This document shows positions 46,458 through 58,848 of a stretch of DNA of 64,000 nucleotides, piece by piece. Each line of letters starts with the position of its first letter. Positions within the stretch are counted from its first letter, which is position 1. Source of the stretch: the human T2T-CHM13v2.0 reference genome, Homo sapiens; the NCBI RefSeq assembly GCF_009914755.1, contig NC_060941.1. One strand, given 5' to 3'. Under the pieces are notes generated by a model. It worked only from the letters and a program-made list of their open reading frames with translations, made no database searches and was not told the origin of the DNA. The translations under genes were made by a program, and so were the position numbers.

Positions 46458-47628
46458 AACCATTAATATTATAAGACAATGAGACAATATCTATATTGTC
46501 CTCAGAAAAAGAGGGTGTTATACTATGCTTACATCCAGGCAAACTACCATTCAAAAATAAAGGAAACAGGTATTTTAAAATATGCAAGGACGTAGAGAAT
46601 ATATTCCCAGTCAACTCCTTTGAAGAAAATACAGGGAACAAACTTCAGTCTATCAAAAGATAAATAAGAGACTATGCCAAAAGTATTGATGCTGAGCATT
46701 AAACCTATTTAAAGTAGACTTAAAGTCAAACACGTGAAGAAATTTTGGTTTCCAAATATAATGTAAATGTTACAAACCAGAAAGAGGTAGAATTAGTAAA
46801 AGTTGGAAGTAGAAAAGAAAATGAGAAGTAATCTAAGCATACTAATTTCTTCCTTTTGCATTGTTTAAAGCTAATGAATCAAGTAATGGAGGTATGAGTT
46901 TAACTTACATTTTATAAATAATTAATAGTACCACTAGACCAACTAACAAAAGTTGTACAAACAACTAAAGTTAGGGAATAAAACAGAGGAGAGGGAAGGG
47001 AGCTGAGAAAGGGAACATTCTAATTTTTTAATATTTTAATATGGATAGTCAATAGATACTGTCTCAGTTGATAATACATATATCTGCTTATAAGTAGATA
47101 AGAAAACATAAAAAGAAAAATTTTTTGTAAAAAATAAAATGCAAAAGAATCGTTAAAACTAGAGAATTTTCATTAAATAAGATGATAGAAGTAAAACCAG
47201 TTATAAGAGAAAAATAGACAAATCTACAATCATGGTAGGAAATTAAAAGAGGTCTCTCTCAGCTACTGATAGGATGAGAGAAATAAACAAACAAGAAGGA
47301 TATGAAAGATTTGAGCAATACAATTAACAAATTTGACCTAATTAGCATTTATAGAACACTGCATCCAGACATCAAAATCATTTTCAAATGCACAAGATAC
47401 ATTTACCAAAATAGACAGGCCAGAAATCAAATTTCAACAAATTCAAAAACTGAAATCATACCAAGTGTGTCCTTTGACCACAGTGGAATTAATTAGAAAT
47501 CTAAAACATAAAGATAGCTAGTGGGATGACAACATGGAAGATAACTGAAGCAACTATTTTAGAACTCTGAAGTCTAGTCAAACACTTGCAGAATTCTGGA
47601 AAGTGCTTTATTAAAAAAAAAGAGTTAG

Positions 47629-49463
47629 TCCCTCTCCCTCTCCCTCTCCCTCTCCCATGGTCTCCCTCTCCCTCTCTTTCCACGGTCTCCCTCCCCCTCC
47701 CCCTTCCTCTCCCTCTCCCTCTCCCTCTCCCTCTCCCCACCGTCTCCCTCTCCCTCTCTTTCCACGGTCTCCCTCTGATGCCGAGCCGAAGCTGGACTGT
47801 ACTGCTGCCATCTCGGCTCACTGCAACCTCCCTGCCTGATTCTCCTGCCTCAGCCTGCCTAGTGCCTGCGATTGCAGGCGCGCGCCGCCACGCGTAACTG
47901 GTTTTCGTGTTTTTCTGGTGGAGATGGGGTTTCGCTGTGTTGGCTGGGCTGGTCTCCAGCTCCTAACCGCGAGTGATCCACCAGCCTCGGCCTCCCGAGG
48001 TGCCGGGATTGCAGACGGAGTCTCGTTCACTCAGTGCTCAATGGTGCCCAGGCTGGAGTGCAGAGGCGTGATCTCGGCTCACTACAACCTCCACCTCCCA
48101 GCAGCCTGCCTTGGCCTCCCAAAGTGCCGAGATTGCAGCCTCTGCCCGGCCGCCACCCCATCTGGGAAGTGAGGAGCGTCTCTGCCTGGCCGCCCATCGT
48201 CTGGGATGTGAGGAGCCCCTCTGCCTGGTTGCCCAGTCTGGAAAGTGAGGAGCGTCTCTGCCTGGCCGCCATCCCATCTAAGAAGTGAGGAGCATCTCTG
48301 CCCGGCCGCCCATCGTCTGAGATGTGGGGAGCGCCTCTGCCCCGCCGCCCCGTCTGGGATGTGAGGAGCACCTCTGCCCGGCTGCGACCCCGTCTGGGAG
48401 GTGAGGAGCGTCTCTGCCCGGCCGCGACCCTGTCTGGGAGGTGAAGAGCGTCTCTGCCCGGCCGCCCCGTCTGAGAAGTGAGGAGCCCCTCCGCCTGGCA
48501 GCCACCCCGTCTGGGAAGTGAGGAGCGTCTCCGCTCAGCAGCCACCCCGTCCGGGAGGGAGGTGGGGGTCAGCCCCCCGCCCGGCCAGCCGCCCCATCTG
48601 GGAGGGAGGTGGGGGGGTCAGCCCCCCGCCTGGCCGGCTGCCCCATCCTGGGGGGAGGTGGGGGGTCAGCCCCCTGCCCCGCTGGCAGCCCCGTCCGGGA
48701 GGTGAGGGGCGCCTCTGCCCAGCCGCCCCTACTGGGAAGTGAAGAGCCCCTCTGCCCGGCCAGCCGCCCCGTCCGGGAGGGAGGTGGGGGGGGTCAGCCC
48801 CCCACCCGGCCAGCCACCACGTCCGGGAGGTGAGGGGCTCCTCTGCCCGGCCACCCCTGCTGGGAAGTGAGGAGCCCCTCTGCCCGGCCACCACCCTGTC
48901 TGGGAGGTGTACCCAACAGCTCATTGAGAACGGGCCATGATGACAATGGCGGTTTTGTGGAATAGAAAGGGGGGAAAGGTGGGGAAAAGATTGAGAAATC
49001 GGATGGTTGCCGTGTCTGTGTAGAAAGAAGTAGACATGGGAGACTTTTCATTTTGTTCTGTACTAAGAAAAATTCTTCTGCCTTGGGATCCTGTTGATCT
49101 GTGACCTTACCCCCAACCCTGTGCTCTCTGAAACATGTGCTGTGTCCACTCAGGGTTAAATGGTTTAAGGGCAGTGCAAGATGTGCTTTGTTAAACAGAT
49201 GCTTGAAGGCAGCATGCTTCTTAAGAGTCATCACCACTCCCTAATCTCAAGTACCCACGGACACAAACACTGCGGAAGGCCGCAGGGTCCTCTGCCTAGG
49301 AAAACCAGAGACCTTTGTTCACTTGTTTATCTGCTGACCTTCCCTCCACTATTGTCCTATGACCCTGCCAAATCCCCCTCTGCGAGAAACACCCAAGAAT
49401 GATCAATTAAAAAAAAATAATAAAATAAATAAATAAAACAATTAAAAATAAAATTAAATAGTC
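47629..49463 (+). mobile_element. Full-length SVA retrotransposon (C/D-like)
   Basis: (CCCTCT)n head, Alu-like domain, GC-rich VNTR, SINE-R, A-rich tail; perfect 16-bp TSD AAAAAAAAAGAGTTAG (47613-47628, 49464-49479) at a TT/AAAA site. Confidence 0.97.
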
Positions 49464-50318
49464 AAAAAAAAAGAGTTAGATAAATTTTAGTAAATTTTTT
49501 GGTTTTTAATGAATGGCTACCCTCACCATCCCTACCCTGATGGCAGGCAGCTATGGGGATGGCAGCCTGCACTGTTGGTGTGACTTGCTTTTGTCAGGGT
49601 GGGTAATAAAAACATTGCTCTCCAGAACTTGGGGTTGTACATTTTGATTGCTGTTTTTTATCACTGAGGGGACAGAACAAAGGCTGGCCATTGTTTTAAT
49701 CCCCATGGGCTGAAGTCGCTTCTCTAGTGACACTGGTTGGAGGGAATGGAAAAACAGACACTGTTTTTTTTTTTTTTCTCCTTTTCTTATCTTATTGGAT
49801 CCAGGCATTTAAGGAAATCTCTGTAAGGTCACTGGTTGACTATGGAAATAATGGGACAGAGACTTCAGTGACCAATAAAGAGGCAAAAATAATAAAAATG
49901 AACCAGCCAGGCACAGCACAAGACAAGGAATATGGTCTTTGCAAGATAGTTTGGAAAAATTACCAAAGAAATGGATGACTGTGGCCTTCATCAAGTAACA
50001 ACAGCAATCTCTGCAAATGGATTTCCAGCATTACCACATACAATATTCAAAATGTCCAGTTATCAACAAAAATTTACAAAGCATACAAGAAAATAGGAAA
50101 ATATGGCTCATTTAGAGGGGAAAAACAGAAATCGACAGAAATCATCCTTGAGGGAGCCCAGACATTGAGTTTTCTAGACAAAGACTTCAAATCAATTGTC
50201 TTAAACATGCTCAAATAAGCAGAAGGAAACCATGGAAATGAACTACGTGAAATCAGAGGAACAAATATGAACAAGTAGGTAATACCAATAAAGAGGCAGA
50301 AATAATCAAAATGAGCCA

Positions 50319-50612
50319 GCCAGGCACAGTGGCTCATGCTTGTAATCCCAGCACTTTGGAAGGTTGAGGCGGGAGGATTGCTTGAGGCCAGGATTTGAGA
50401 CCAGCCTGGGCAACATAGCAAGACCCCCTCTTTACAAAAATTTAAAATTTAGCCAGGCATGATGGCACACACCTATAGTTCTTGTTATTGAGGAAAGAGA
50501 TGAAAAGATCACTTGAACCCAGGAGTTTGAGGTTATAGGTTAGAGTGAGCTATGATTGCACCACTGTACTCCTGCTTGGGTAACAGAGTGAGACCCTGTC
50601 TCACAAAAAAAA
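50319..50612 (+). mobile_element. Alu (J-like) in L1 ORF1 region
   Basis: Dimer with A tail. Confidence 0.9.
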
Positions 50613-53600
50613 GGAACAAAATAGAAAATCTGGAGCTGAAAAACATAATAGCTGAAATTAAATATGTATTACAGAGGTTCAATAGGATATTTGATCAGGC
50701 AGAAGAAAGAATTAGTGAACTCGAAGATAGGACAAATGATATTACCCAGTCTGAGGAGGAGACAAAATGAAGAAAAATGAACAAAGCCCAGAGACCTATG
50801 GAGAGTCACCAGGCACACTAACATACACATTCTGAGAGTCCCAGAAGAAGAAGAGAAAAAAGGGGCAAAAAATTTTTTTGAAGAAATAGTGGCCAAAAAC
50901 TTCCCAAATTTGATAAAAGACATGAATCTACACATCCAAGATTAATGAATTCCAAATAGCATAAACTCAGAGATCCACACTAGGATCACTATAATCAAAT
51001 TCTCAAAAGACAAAGGGAGAATCTTGAAAGGAGCCAGAGAGAAGTGACTCATCACATTCAAGGGATTCTCAATAGAATTAACATCCAGTTTCTCATGAGA
51101 AATCATGGAGGCCAAAATGCAGTGGGATGATATATTTAAAGTGCTGAAAGAAAAAAAAAAACTGTCAACCAAGAATTCTATCTTTCAAAAATGAAAAAGT
51201 AAGAAACATATTCTGAGACAGACAAAAGCAAGAGAAGTTAATTGCTAATAGACCTGCCCTAGGAGAAGTGCTAAAGGGAGCCTTACAGGCTGAAACAAAA
51301 GGATAATAGATGGTAATTCAAAGCCACACAAAGTGATCACACCAGTGATCTTTATATCTTTGTGTGTCTTTGAGTTATGTAAATATAAGTCTTTTATTTA
51401 TACAGGTAAATATAAATGCTAGTAGTATTGTATTTTGGTATATAAGTCTTCTTTTTGTTTCCTATGTGGTTTAAAAGACAAATGCATAAAATAATAATTA
51501 TAAGTTTATGTTAAAATGCACACATATATAAAAAGGAATTTATGAGAGTAACAACATAAAGGTGGAGGGAAGGAATGAAATATAGGCAGTGTTAATGTAT
51601 ATTATTGAAGCTAAGTTGTTATCATACTAGATTCAGATTAGCTTCAAATTAGATTGTCATAAATTTAAGGTGTTAACTGTAGTCCCCATGGTAACCACTA
51701 AGAAAATAACTTAAACAAATACAGAGAAGGAAAAAAGAGAAAATCAAAATACTACACTTGAATAAAGAAAGCCAAAACACCTGAATGGAAGTTTTGCCTT
51801 AAATAAAGGCAATATTGCAGAATTGAGGAGGAAAAATGTAAGACATATAGGAAACAAATAGCATAGCACAATGGCAGAAGCAAGTCCTTTATTATCAGTA
51901 ATCACTTGAAATACAAATGGATTAAGCTTGTCAAAAGACAGAGATTGAAAGACTGTATTAAAAAACAACACAATCCAATTATATGCTGCTTACAAGAGAC
52001 TTATTTTGGCTCCAAAGACAAAAATAGGTTTAAAATAAAAGGATGGAAAGAGATATTCTGTGCAAATAGTAGCCAAAAGAAAACTGGAGCGGGATCAATA
52101 AGAAAATACGGGACTTGAAAAATATTATAAACTGACTAGACTTAAAAGAGATTTACAGAACACCCAAAGACAACAGAATGTACATCATTCTCAAGTGCAC
52201 ATGAAACAATCTTCAGGATTGACTATACGTTAGGCCATAAAAAATTTTCAATAAATATTCAAAGATTTAAATTATACAAAGTATCTTCTCTGACTACAAT
52301 GGAATGAAGGAATCTACAACAAAGGAAAAACTTGAAATTTTGCAAATATGTGGAGGTTAAACAACATACTCTCCAACAACAAATGGGCCAAAGAATAAAT
52401 CAGCAGTGAAATCAGAAAATACTTTGAAGTGAATGCAAACAAAAGCACAACATACGCAGGGTGCAGTGAAAGCAATACTTAGAATTTTATAGCTGTAAAA
52501 TCCTACATAAAAAAGGAAAAACGTCTCAAATCAATTATCTAACTTTACACTTTAAGGAACTAAAAAAAGAAGAGCAAACTAAAACCAAAGCCAACAGAAG
52601 GAAAGAAACAATACAGATTAGAGCAGAGATAAATGAAGTAGAGAATAGAAAAACAATAGATACAATCAATGTAACCAAAGTTAGTTCTTGAAAAGATAAA
52701 CAAAATTTATAAATGTTTAGCTAAACTAAGAAAAAAAGAGAAGAGGCAAATAAATAAAATCAGAAACATTACTACCAACCTTACAAAAATTAATAGGATT
52801 GTAAGAGAGTACTATGAGCACTATATGCCAACAAATTGGCTAATTTAGATTAAATGGAAAAATTCCTGGAAACACAAATTACCAAAACTGATTTCAAAAG
52901 AAATAGAAAGTCTCAACAGACCTATAACAAGTAAATGTTGAATCAGTGTTTAAAAAACCTCCCAACCAAGAAAAGTCCAGTACCAGATGGCTTTAGTGGT
53001 AAATTCTGCCAAACATTTAAAGGAGTATGAACACCAATACTATGCAAGTTCTTGTAAAAAAAAAAAAAAAAAAACAGAAGCAAAGGGAACACTTTTTAAC
53101 ACATTCTATGAGGCCAGCATTATCTTGATACCAAAGCCAGACAAAGATACAAGAAAAGAACTACAGACCATATTCTTTATAAATACAAATGCGAAAATTA
53201 TGAGATGCCACTTCACTCTCACTATTCTAAGTAAGATGGTTATTCCTCAAAAGATTAGGCACAGTTGCTATAAAATCCAGCAATTCCACATCTAGCTATA
53301 TACCAAAGAAAAATGAAAGAATACATCCACACAAAATCCTATACATGAATATTCCTAGCAGCTTTATTCATAATAGCTAAAAAGTGGAAAGAACTCAAAT
53401 GTCCGAGAGCTGACTGACTGATTTACAAAAGTGGTATATCCATATGATGTAATATTATCCAGCCATAAAAAGGAATGACTGGTACATGACTAGTACTGGT
53501 ACATGCTACAGTACAGATGAAACTTAAAAACATAAGTGAAAGAAGCAGGACACAAAAGCCATATATCATCATATGTGTGTTATATGATTCAATTTTTAGG

Positions 53601-53919
53601 AAATGTCCAGAACAGGCAAATCCAGAGACAAAAAGTAGATTAGTGGTTTCCAGAGACTGAGGAGAGAACAGAATGGGCAGTGACTGCTAAAGGATATGAG
53701 ATTTCTTTTCAGAACGAAGAAAATGTTCTGGAATTAGGTAGTGGTGATGGTTACACAAGTTTGTGAATATACTAAAAACCACTGAATGGTTAAAATCATT
53801 TAATAATTGTGAAGCTTATGGTAGTTGAATTATATCTTGAGGATGAACTTAGCCAATTTACATTGAGAGTTCACTTTGGCTGAGAGAAGAGCAGATCAGA
53901 GATTGGGATAAGAGATGGT

Positions 53920-54300
53920 ACCTTAATGACTGCACATATGAAAAAGGCTTTGGAGTTTATAGAGGGGGTGACCTGGACTGTGTCCTAGGACATAACTCAC
54001 TTTTCCAACTACAGTGGTGATAGGAGAGGGTGGAGGCCTTGCACTGCCCATGGTGCTGAGGGATTTGGTTCTTGTAAACCTCCCTGGGAATTCACGTCTC
54101 TTTAGGGTTCTTATCCTTCTTCATCTTGGTCCTTTGATCAGTAACTCTGAAATGTTGGCCCCAAGACAGTCTCCCAATAATTATGTGCATCTGATGCAAC
54201 ATCTCACATACTTTTTAATAACTCCCATTGCTCATTTGCCCTTAGCAGCCTGAGCTAGGCTTTATCTTATGAATTAAGCCTAAGTTTTACTCCCCAAGGA
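53920..54300 (+). promoter_or_regulatory. Candidate olfactory receptor promoter (O/E-EBF and homeodomain sites)
   Basis: TCCCTGGGAA 54081-54090, TCCCCAAGGA 54291-54300, TAATGA 53924-53929, TAATTA 54178-54183, AATTAA 54272-54277, about 6.8 kb upstream of the OR ATG. Confidence 0.5.
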
Positions 54301-55719
54301 ATTTCCCTTTCCTTAAGGCCAATCCCATATGTGTTCCTTGTCTGAGAGAGGCCAGGAGAAGAATGGAGCTACAGGAGAAGAGTGACCTGGGAGATGGGAG
54401 GCTCTAAGTCCTCTTGGCCACTGTGGGCTGGAGGAAGGTGATGGCCTCATTGTCCTTCCCATGGACAAATCAGCACGACAAAGCCTATCGTGAGACAAGC
54501 ATGGGGTGGAGGGAAGGCATGGGGGAAGTCATCAGGCATTAATGCAAGGGGAACGGGATTTGGGAAACATTGATTTTATCTAACATTAAGACTTTTGTCT
54601 GTATTGGCTTATGTGCTGGGTGGAATTTAGAACAGAGGGTGGGAGGGAGAGCGGAATATAGACATACACTGTTATCTCCCCCGCCTCCCACATACATACT
54701 ACAGCTTCTTCCCACACCTAGGAGAAAACACAAACAGGTCTTGCTCTGACACTTTCCACCCTCTACTGTTCCTTTTTAAGTCTCATCTTCCTCCATCTTC
54801 CCCCTTCTCCTGCCTGCTTCTCTCACTCACTCCAGATTTTCTTCCCTTCTTTATTGCTGTCCCTCCATCTTATCCTCTCTTTTCTTAAATCTTGTGTTTA
54901 ACAATACCTGTTAATGCTCCCTGGATGACAACAGACTAGATTCTACCCCATTTTGGGAACCCACTTATTCCTTCTCCCCTCGTCTCTCCTAGTCCTGTGT
55001 GGGCTGATTTTCTAAGAGCAAAGACAGATGGGAGAGAAGATTGAGTAACAACAGAAGAGGTCTAGAATCCTCCCCTTTCCCCATACAGATCCATGTCCCT
55101 CCCTATGTCTATTTTCTTTCTTGTCTAGAATCCCTCTAAATCTATTTTCTATGCATGTAGGGGGAGGAAGCATTTGCAAAGATTCTGATGGGTTTGTGGA
55201 AAGAATCGGGCCATGCTAAGATGATGCTTCTAGGATTGTAAATCTGGTGATGCTGGGAATTAGGATTCTTGGATTCTCTTTGAGGTCCTATAAACTGCAT
55301 TCTATCCAGTGGCTACTCTCTCTTTCTTCCCAGCTCTCACGGCAGTCTGGCCCATCCCAGCACCCTGTCCTCCATTAAGCAATCACACATTCTTTTGGGA
55401 ACCAACTATGAGAAAGGGTCTGTGTGTACCACGTACTGTGTAATACTTAACATATTGGATTTGCACTGAAATTACAACACATGTGAGGAACAGAGCCATC
55501 CTCATGAAAAAATACCAAGGCATAGCAACATTATGGAAGAGCTAATTACTCTTGAACCTTGAAGGAAGGGTAGAATTCAGACAGGTGAACAGGACAGAAA
55601 AGCAATTCAGATGCGGCACTGACTGGATGAAGGCACTGAGACCTGAGGGACCGAAGAAGAGATAAGTTTGGCTGAAGCTGAATCTTCTTAGAGGAGAGCA
55701 GGTAAGAGGAGAATAGTCA

Positions 55720-55970
55720 TTAGGAGTGCAAATTCTGGGTCAATCAGACCTGGCTCAGAATCCCAGCTCTGCTTCTTCTTCTCCATGTGATCTGGGAGAA
55801 ATTAGTTAACCTATTCAAGCCACAGTTTACTTATCTGTAAAGTGGAGATAATTTATGGTACTTACTATACTTATAAACATGGGAATAATATGTGAGAATT
55901 AAAAAAGATAATGCCAGCAAAATATTTAGTATAGTGTCTATCACATAGTAAGCATTCAAAAAATGTTTAC
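55720..55970 (+). mobile_element. MIR SINE
   Basis: AGACCTGGCTCAGAATCCCAGCTCTGC...TTATCTGTAAAGTGGAGATAA. Confidence 0.75.
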
Positions 55971-57152
55971 TACGATGACAATTACTGCTATTACAACAAT
56001 AAATGCTTACTACCACAGTTATTACCATTACTACAATTACAATAAATGCTTACTACTACTACTATTAAGTGGCAGATGGACCTGGAAAGAAAGGTAGGAG
56101 CCTGTTTGTGTGGAAGCCCCTGAAATCCTAAGTACAAATTCCTTCCTGTAGACAATAAAGAGCCATGGAAAATTTTTGAAAACCTTTTGAAATAGAGGGG
56201 GAAGATGTTGTTGAAGAAGTTTATGTATGTACTATGTTGCACAGTGTGGATTAAAATGGACCAAAACCTGGAGGCAAGAACCCACTTGGAGGCCCACAGC
56301 AATAAGCCAGATAGGAAAAATAATTTGGCAGTAATTTCAAAGGAAGAACGAATATGCCTTGGTGATAATACATGTGGAGTTCAAGGGAGAAGTCTAGCTG
56401 GGTGAGGGGATAACAGACAGAAATAGGAGAGCCAGAGAGGTATTTGGGTTTAGAGTAAAGAAGTAGCAAGAATGATTTCATAATAATGACAGGCAGCTCA
56501 CAGTGCCAGATGGAGCTGAAAGAACCCACGGTTACTGACGGGCTTTAGCCATTACAGTGACACTCAAACTGAAGAACTGGTTATGAGGAGGGGAGGAATC
56601 CAGCGGTTCTGCAACAGTCCTGGGAATCACGGTCTCCTTCTCTCCTCTCTTTTACAGAAGAGCTTTCCCTTTTCCCACACTGCGTCTCCTCCTCTTTTTC
56701 TCTCTCTCCCTTTTCCTCAGTGTTCTGAGGTTTCTCCTTCCCCGAACCCTTCCCCTTGCACACCTGCGGTTGTCTTTCGCCCCGACAGTGCTCATGCTAA
56801 GAAGTTTTTCAGCTCTTACCTTTTCTTTTTCTTGGTCTCATTATAATACTTCTTTTGCTTTTTTTGATTAAAATTTTATGACAATTTATAAATTACAAGA
56901 AATAAAAAAAATTTTGTAAAGAAGAGAAAATATATGTTCCATCAATCCCATCAACCAGAGATAACCACTATTCACACTGGTAACATTTTGGTTTTCCATG
57001 TCCATTTTTTCCCTTTATATTTATACTATAGTTTATCAAAATATTTTGTAATTCTCTCTTTAAAACAACAATACTTTGAGTCTTAAAACCCCTCATGGAT
57101 AATTTTAGAGATAATCCTGTCTATATTTGTCTGTAAAGGTTGATGAAGATCT

Positions 57153-57496
57153 TTTTTTTCTTCAACTTTTATTTTAAGTTCAGGGGTACATGTGCAGGAT
57201 GTGCAGGTTTGTTACATAGGTAAACATGTGCCATGGTGGTTTGCTGCACAGGTCATCCCATCACCTAAGTATTAAGCCCAGCATCCATTAGCTATTCCTC
57301 CTGATGCTCTCCCTCCCCTCGCCTCCCCCCTGACGGGCCCCAGTGTGTGTTTTTTCCCCTCACGTGTCCGTGTGTTCTCATCGTTCAGCTCCCACTTGTA
57401 AGTGAGAACACTCTGTGTTTGGTTTTCTGTTCCTGTGTTAGTTTGCTGAGGATAATGGCTTCCAGCTCCAACCAGGTCCCCGCAAAGGACATGATC
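57153..57496 (-). mobile_element. L1PA (older primate) 3' end, 5'-truncated
   Basis: TTTTAAGTTCAGGGGTACATGTGCAGGATGTGCAGGTTTGTTACATAGGTAAAC...GCAAAGGACATGATC. Confidence 0.9.
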
Positions 57497-58041
57497 AATA
57501 GAGCTATCTTTTCACATGTATCCATTCAATTCCCTTATAAGATCATCAGTGCAATCACTGCTGCCCCTCCCATGGTAAAATCAAATCCCATAGAGTTAAA
57601 CATCCTTTTAGGATATATTTATTCTTAACTAGTATTTCATCCCATGGAGGAACCATATTTTATTTAACCAATATCTTATAGTCATGCATTTATGTTGTTT
57701 CTAGTTTATCAATATTATAATAATGTGATGAATATCCTTAAGCATACATTTTTAAAAATTAGTTTTCATTGTTTCTTTAAAACAAATCCCTAAGACAGAA
57801 ATTACTGGGTCAGGGAGTATAAATAATTTATGGATTTGGCACATATTTTCAAATTGTCTTCTAGAAAGATTGTACTACCAGTGATTTATCTATTGCTCTA
57901 AATTCTCAATAATGCTGAGTATTACAAGTTTTTAAAAGATCAATGTTAACATAATTTTTAAAAATTGTTCCTTATTATATTTTATCTTTAACTTTTTGGA
58001 TAATTAGTAAATTCTAGATACATTTGAATTATTATTATATT

Positions 58042-58204
58042 ATTACAGGTGCTTGCCACCACGCCTAGCTAATTTTTGTATTTTCAGTAGAGATGGGGTT
58101 TCACCACGTTGGCCAGGCTGCTCTCGAACTCCTGACCTCAGGTGATCTGGCCGCCTCGGCCTCTCAAAATGCCGGGATTAACGCATGAGCCACTGCACGC
58201 AGCC
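58042..58204 (-). mobile_element. Partial Alu (left arm + linker)
   Basis: Begins abruptly at ATTACAGGTG; most of the right arm is missing. Confidence 0.88.
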
Positions 58205-58553
58205 ATGTTATTTTATTTTAAAATCCCTTCCTTCCATCATGATTTATACATAGTTCATTCAAAGTAAAAATACCCAAATAATACAAAGACATCAGGATCA
58301 AAACTAGAGTATCTCTGAGGCTTTTCATCTTATGTTTTATCATGGAAATTTGTATATATTTACAAAGTAGAGAGAATCACCATTTTCAGAATTACCACTA
58401 TTACCAACAGTTTGCCAGTCTTGCTTCACATACTCCTCTCACCTTTAATAAAGTATTTTAAGGCAAGACCAAGACATCTTTTCTTTACATCCATAAAAAC
58501 TTCAGTGTTCATCTCTGACTGATAAAAGCATATAAAAATGTATGGGGGTGGTA

Positions 58554-58848
58554 GGCTGGGTGCAGTGGCTCACACCTGTGATCCCAGCACTTTGGGAGGC
58601 AGAAGCAGGTGGATTGCTTGAGCTCAGGAGTTTGAAACCAGCAGGGGCAACATGACAGACCCTGTCTCTACTAAAAATACAAAAAAATAGCCAGGCATGG
58701 TGAAGTGTGCTTGTGGTCCCAGCTACTTAGGGGGCTGAGGTGGGAGGATTGCTTGAGACTGGCTCCTGGAGGTTGTAGTGAACTGAGATTGCACCACTGC
58801 AGGCCAGCCTTGGGGACAGAGCGAGACCCTGTCTGAAAAAAAGAAAAA
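58554..58848 (+). mobile_element. Alu (J-like)
   Basis: Dimer; GTATGG.GGT repeat on both flanks. Confidence 0.9.

Larger units (their letters stand above)
46460..53840 (+). mobile_element. Old sense-strand L1M elements (5' region, ORF1, ORF2 endonuclease, 3' end), internally deleted, hosting an SVA and an Alu
   Basis: ORF1-like LELKNIIAEIK..FDQAEERISELEDR; ORF2-like IICCLQETYF and FYEASIILIPKPDKDT; L1M 3'UTR 53300-53840. Confidence 0.85.

Noticed and set aside
47501-49402. Many overlapping Pro/Gly/Arg-rich ORFs
   Set aside because: They arise from GC-rich SVA hexamer, VNTR and SINE-R sequence. SVAs are non-coding.
50552-53295. L1 ORF1/ORF2 peptides as an active or domesticated gene
   Set aside because: Multiple stops and frameshifts, and most of the RT domain appears deleted near 53190.
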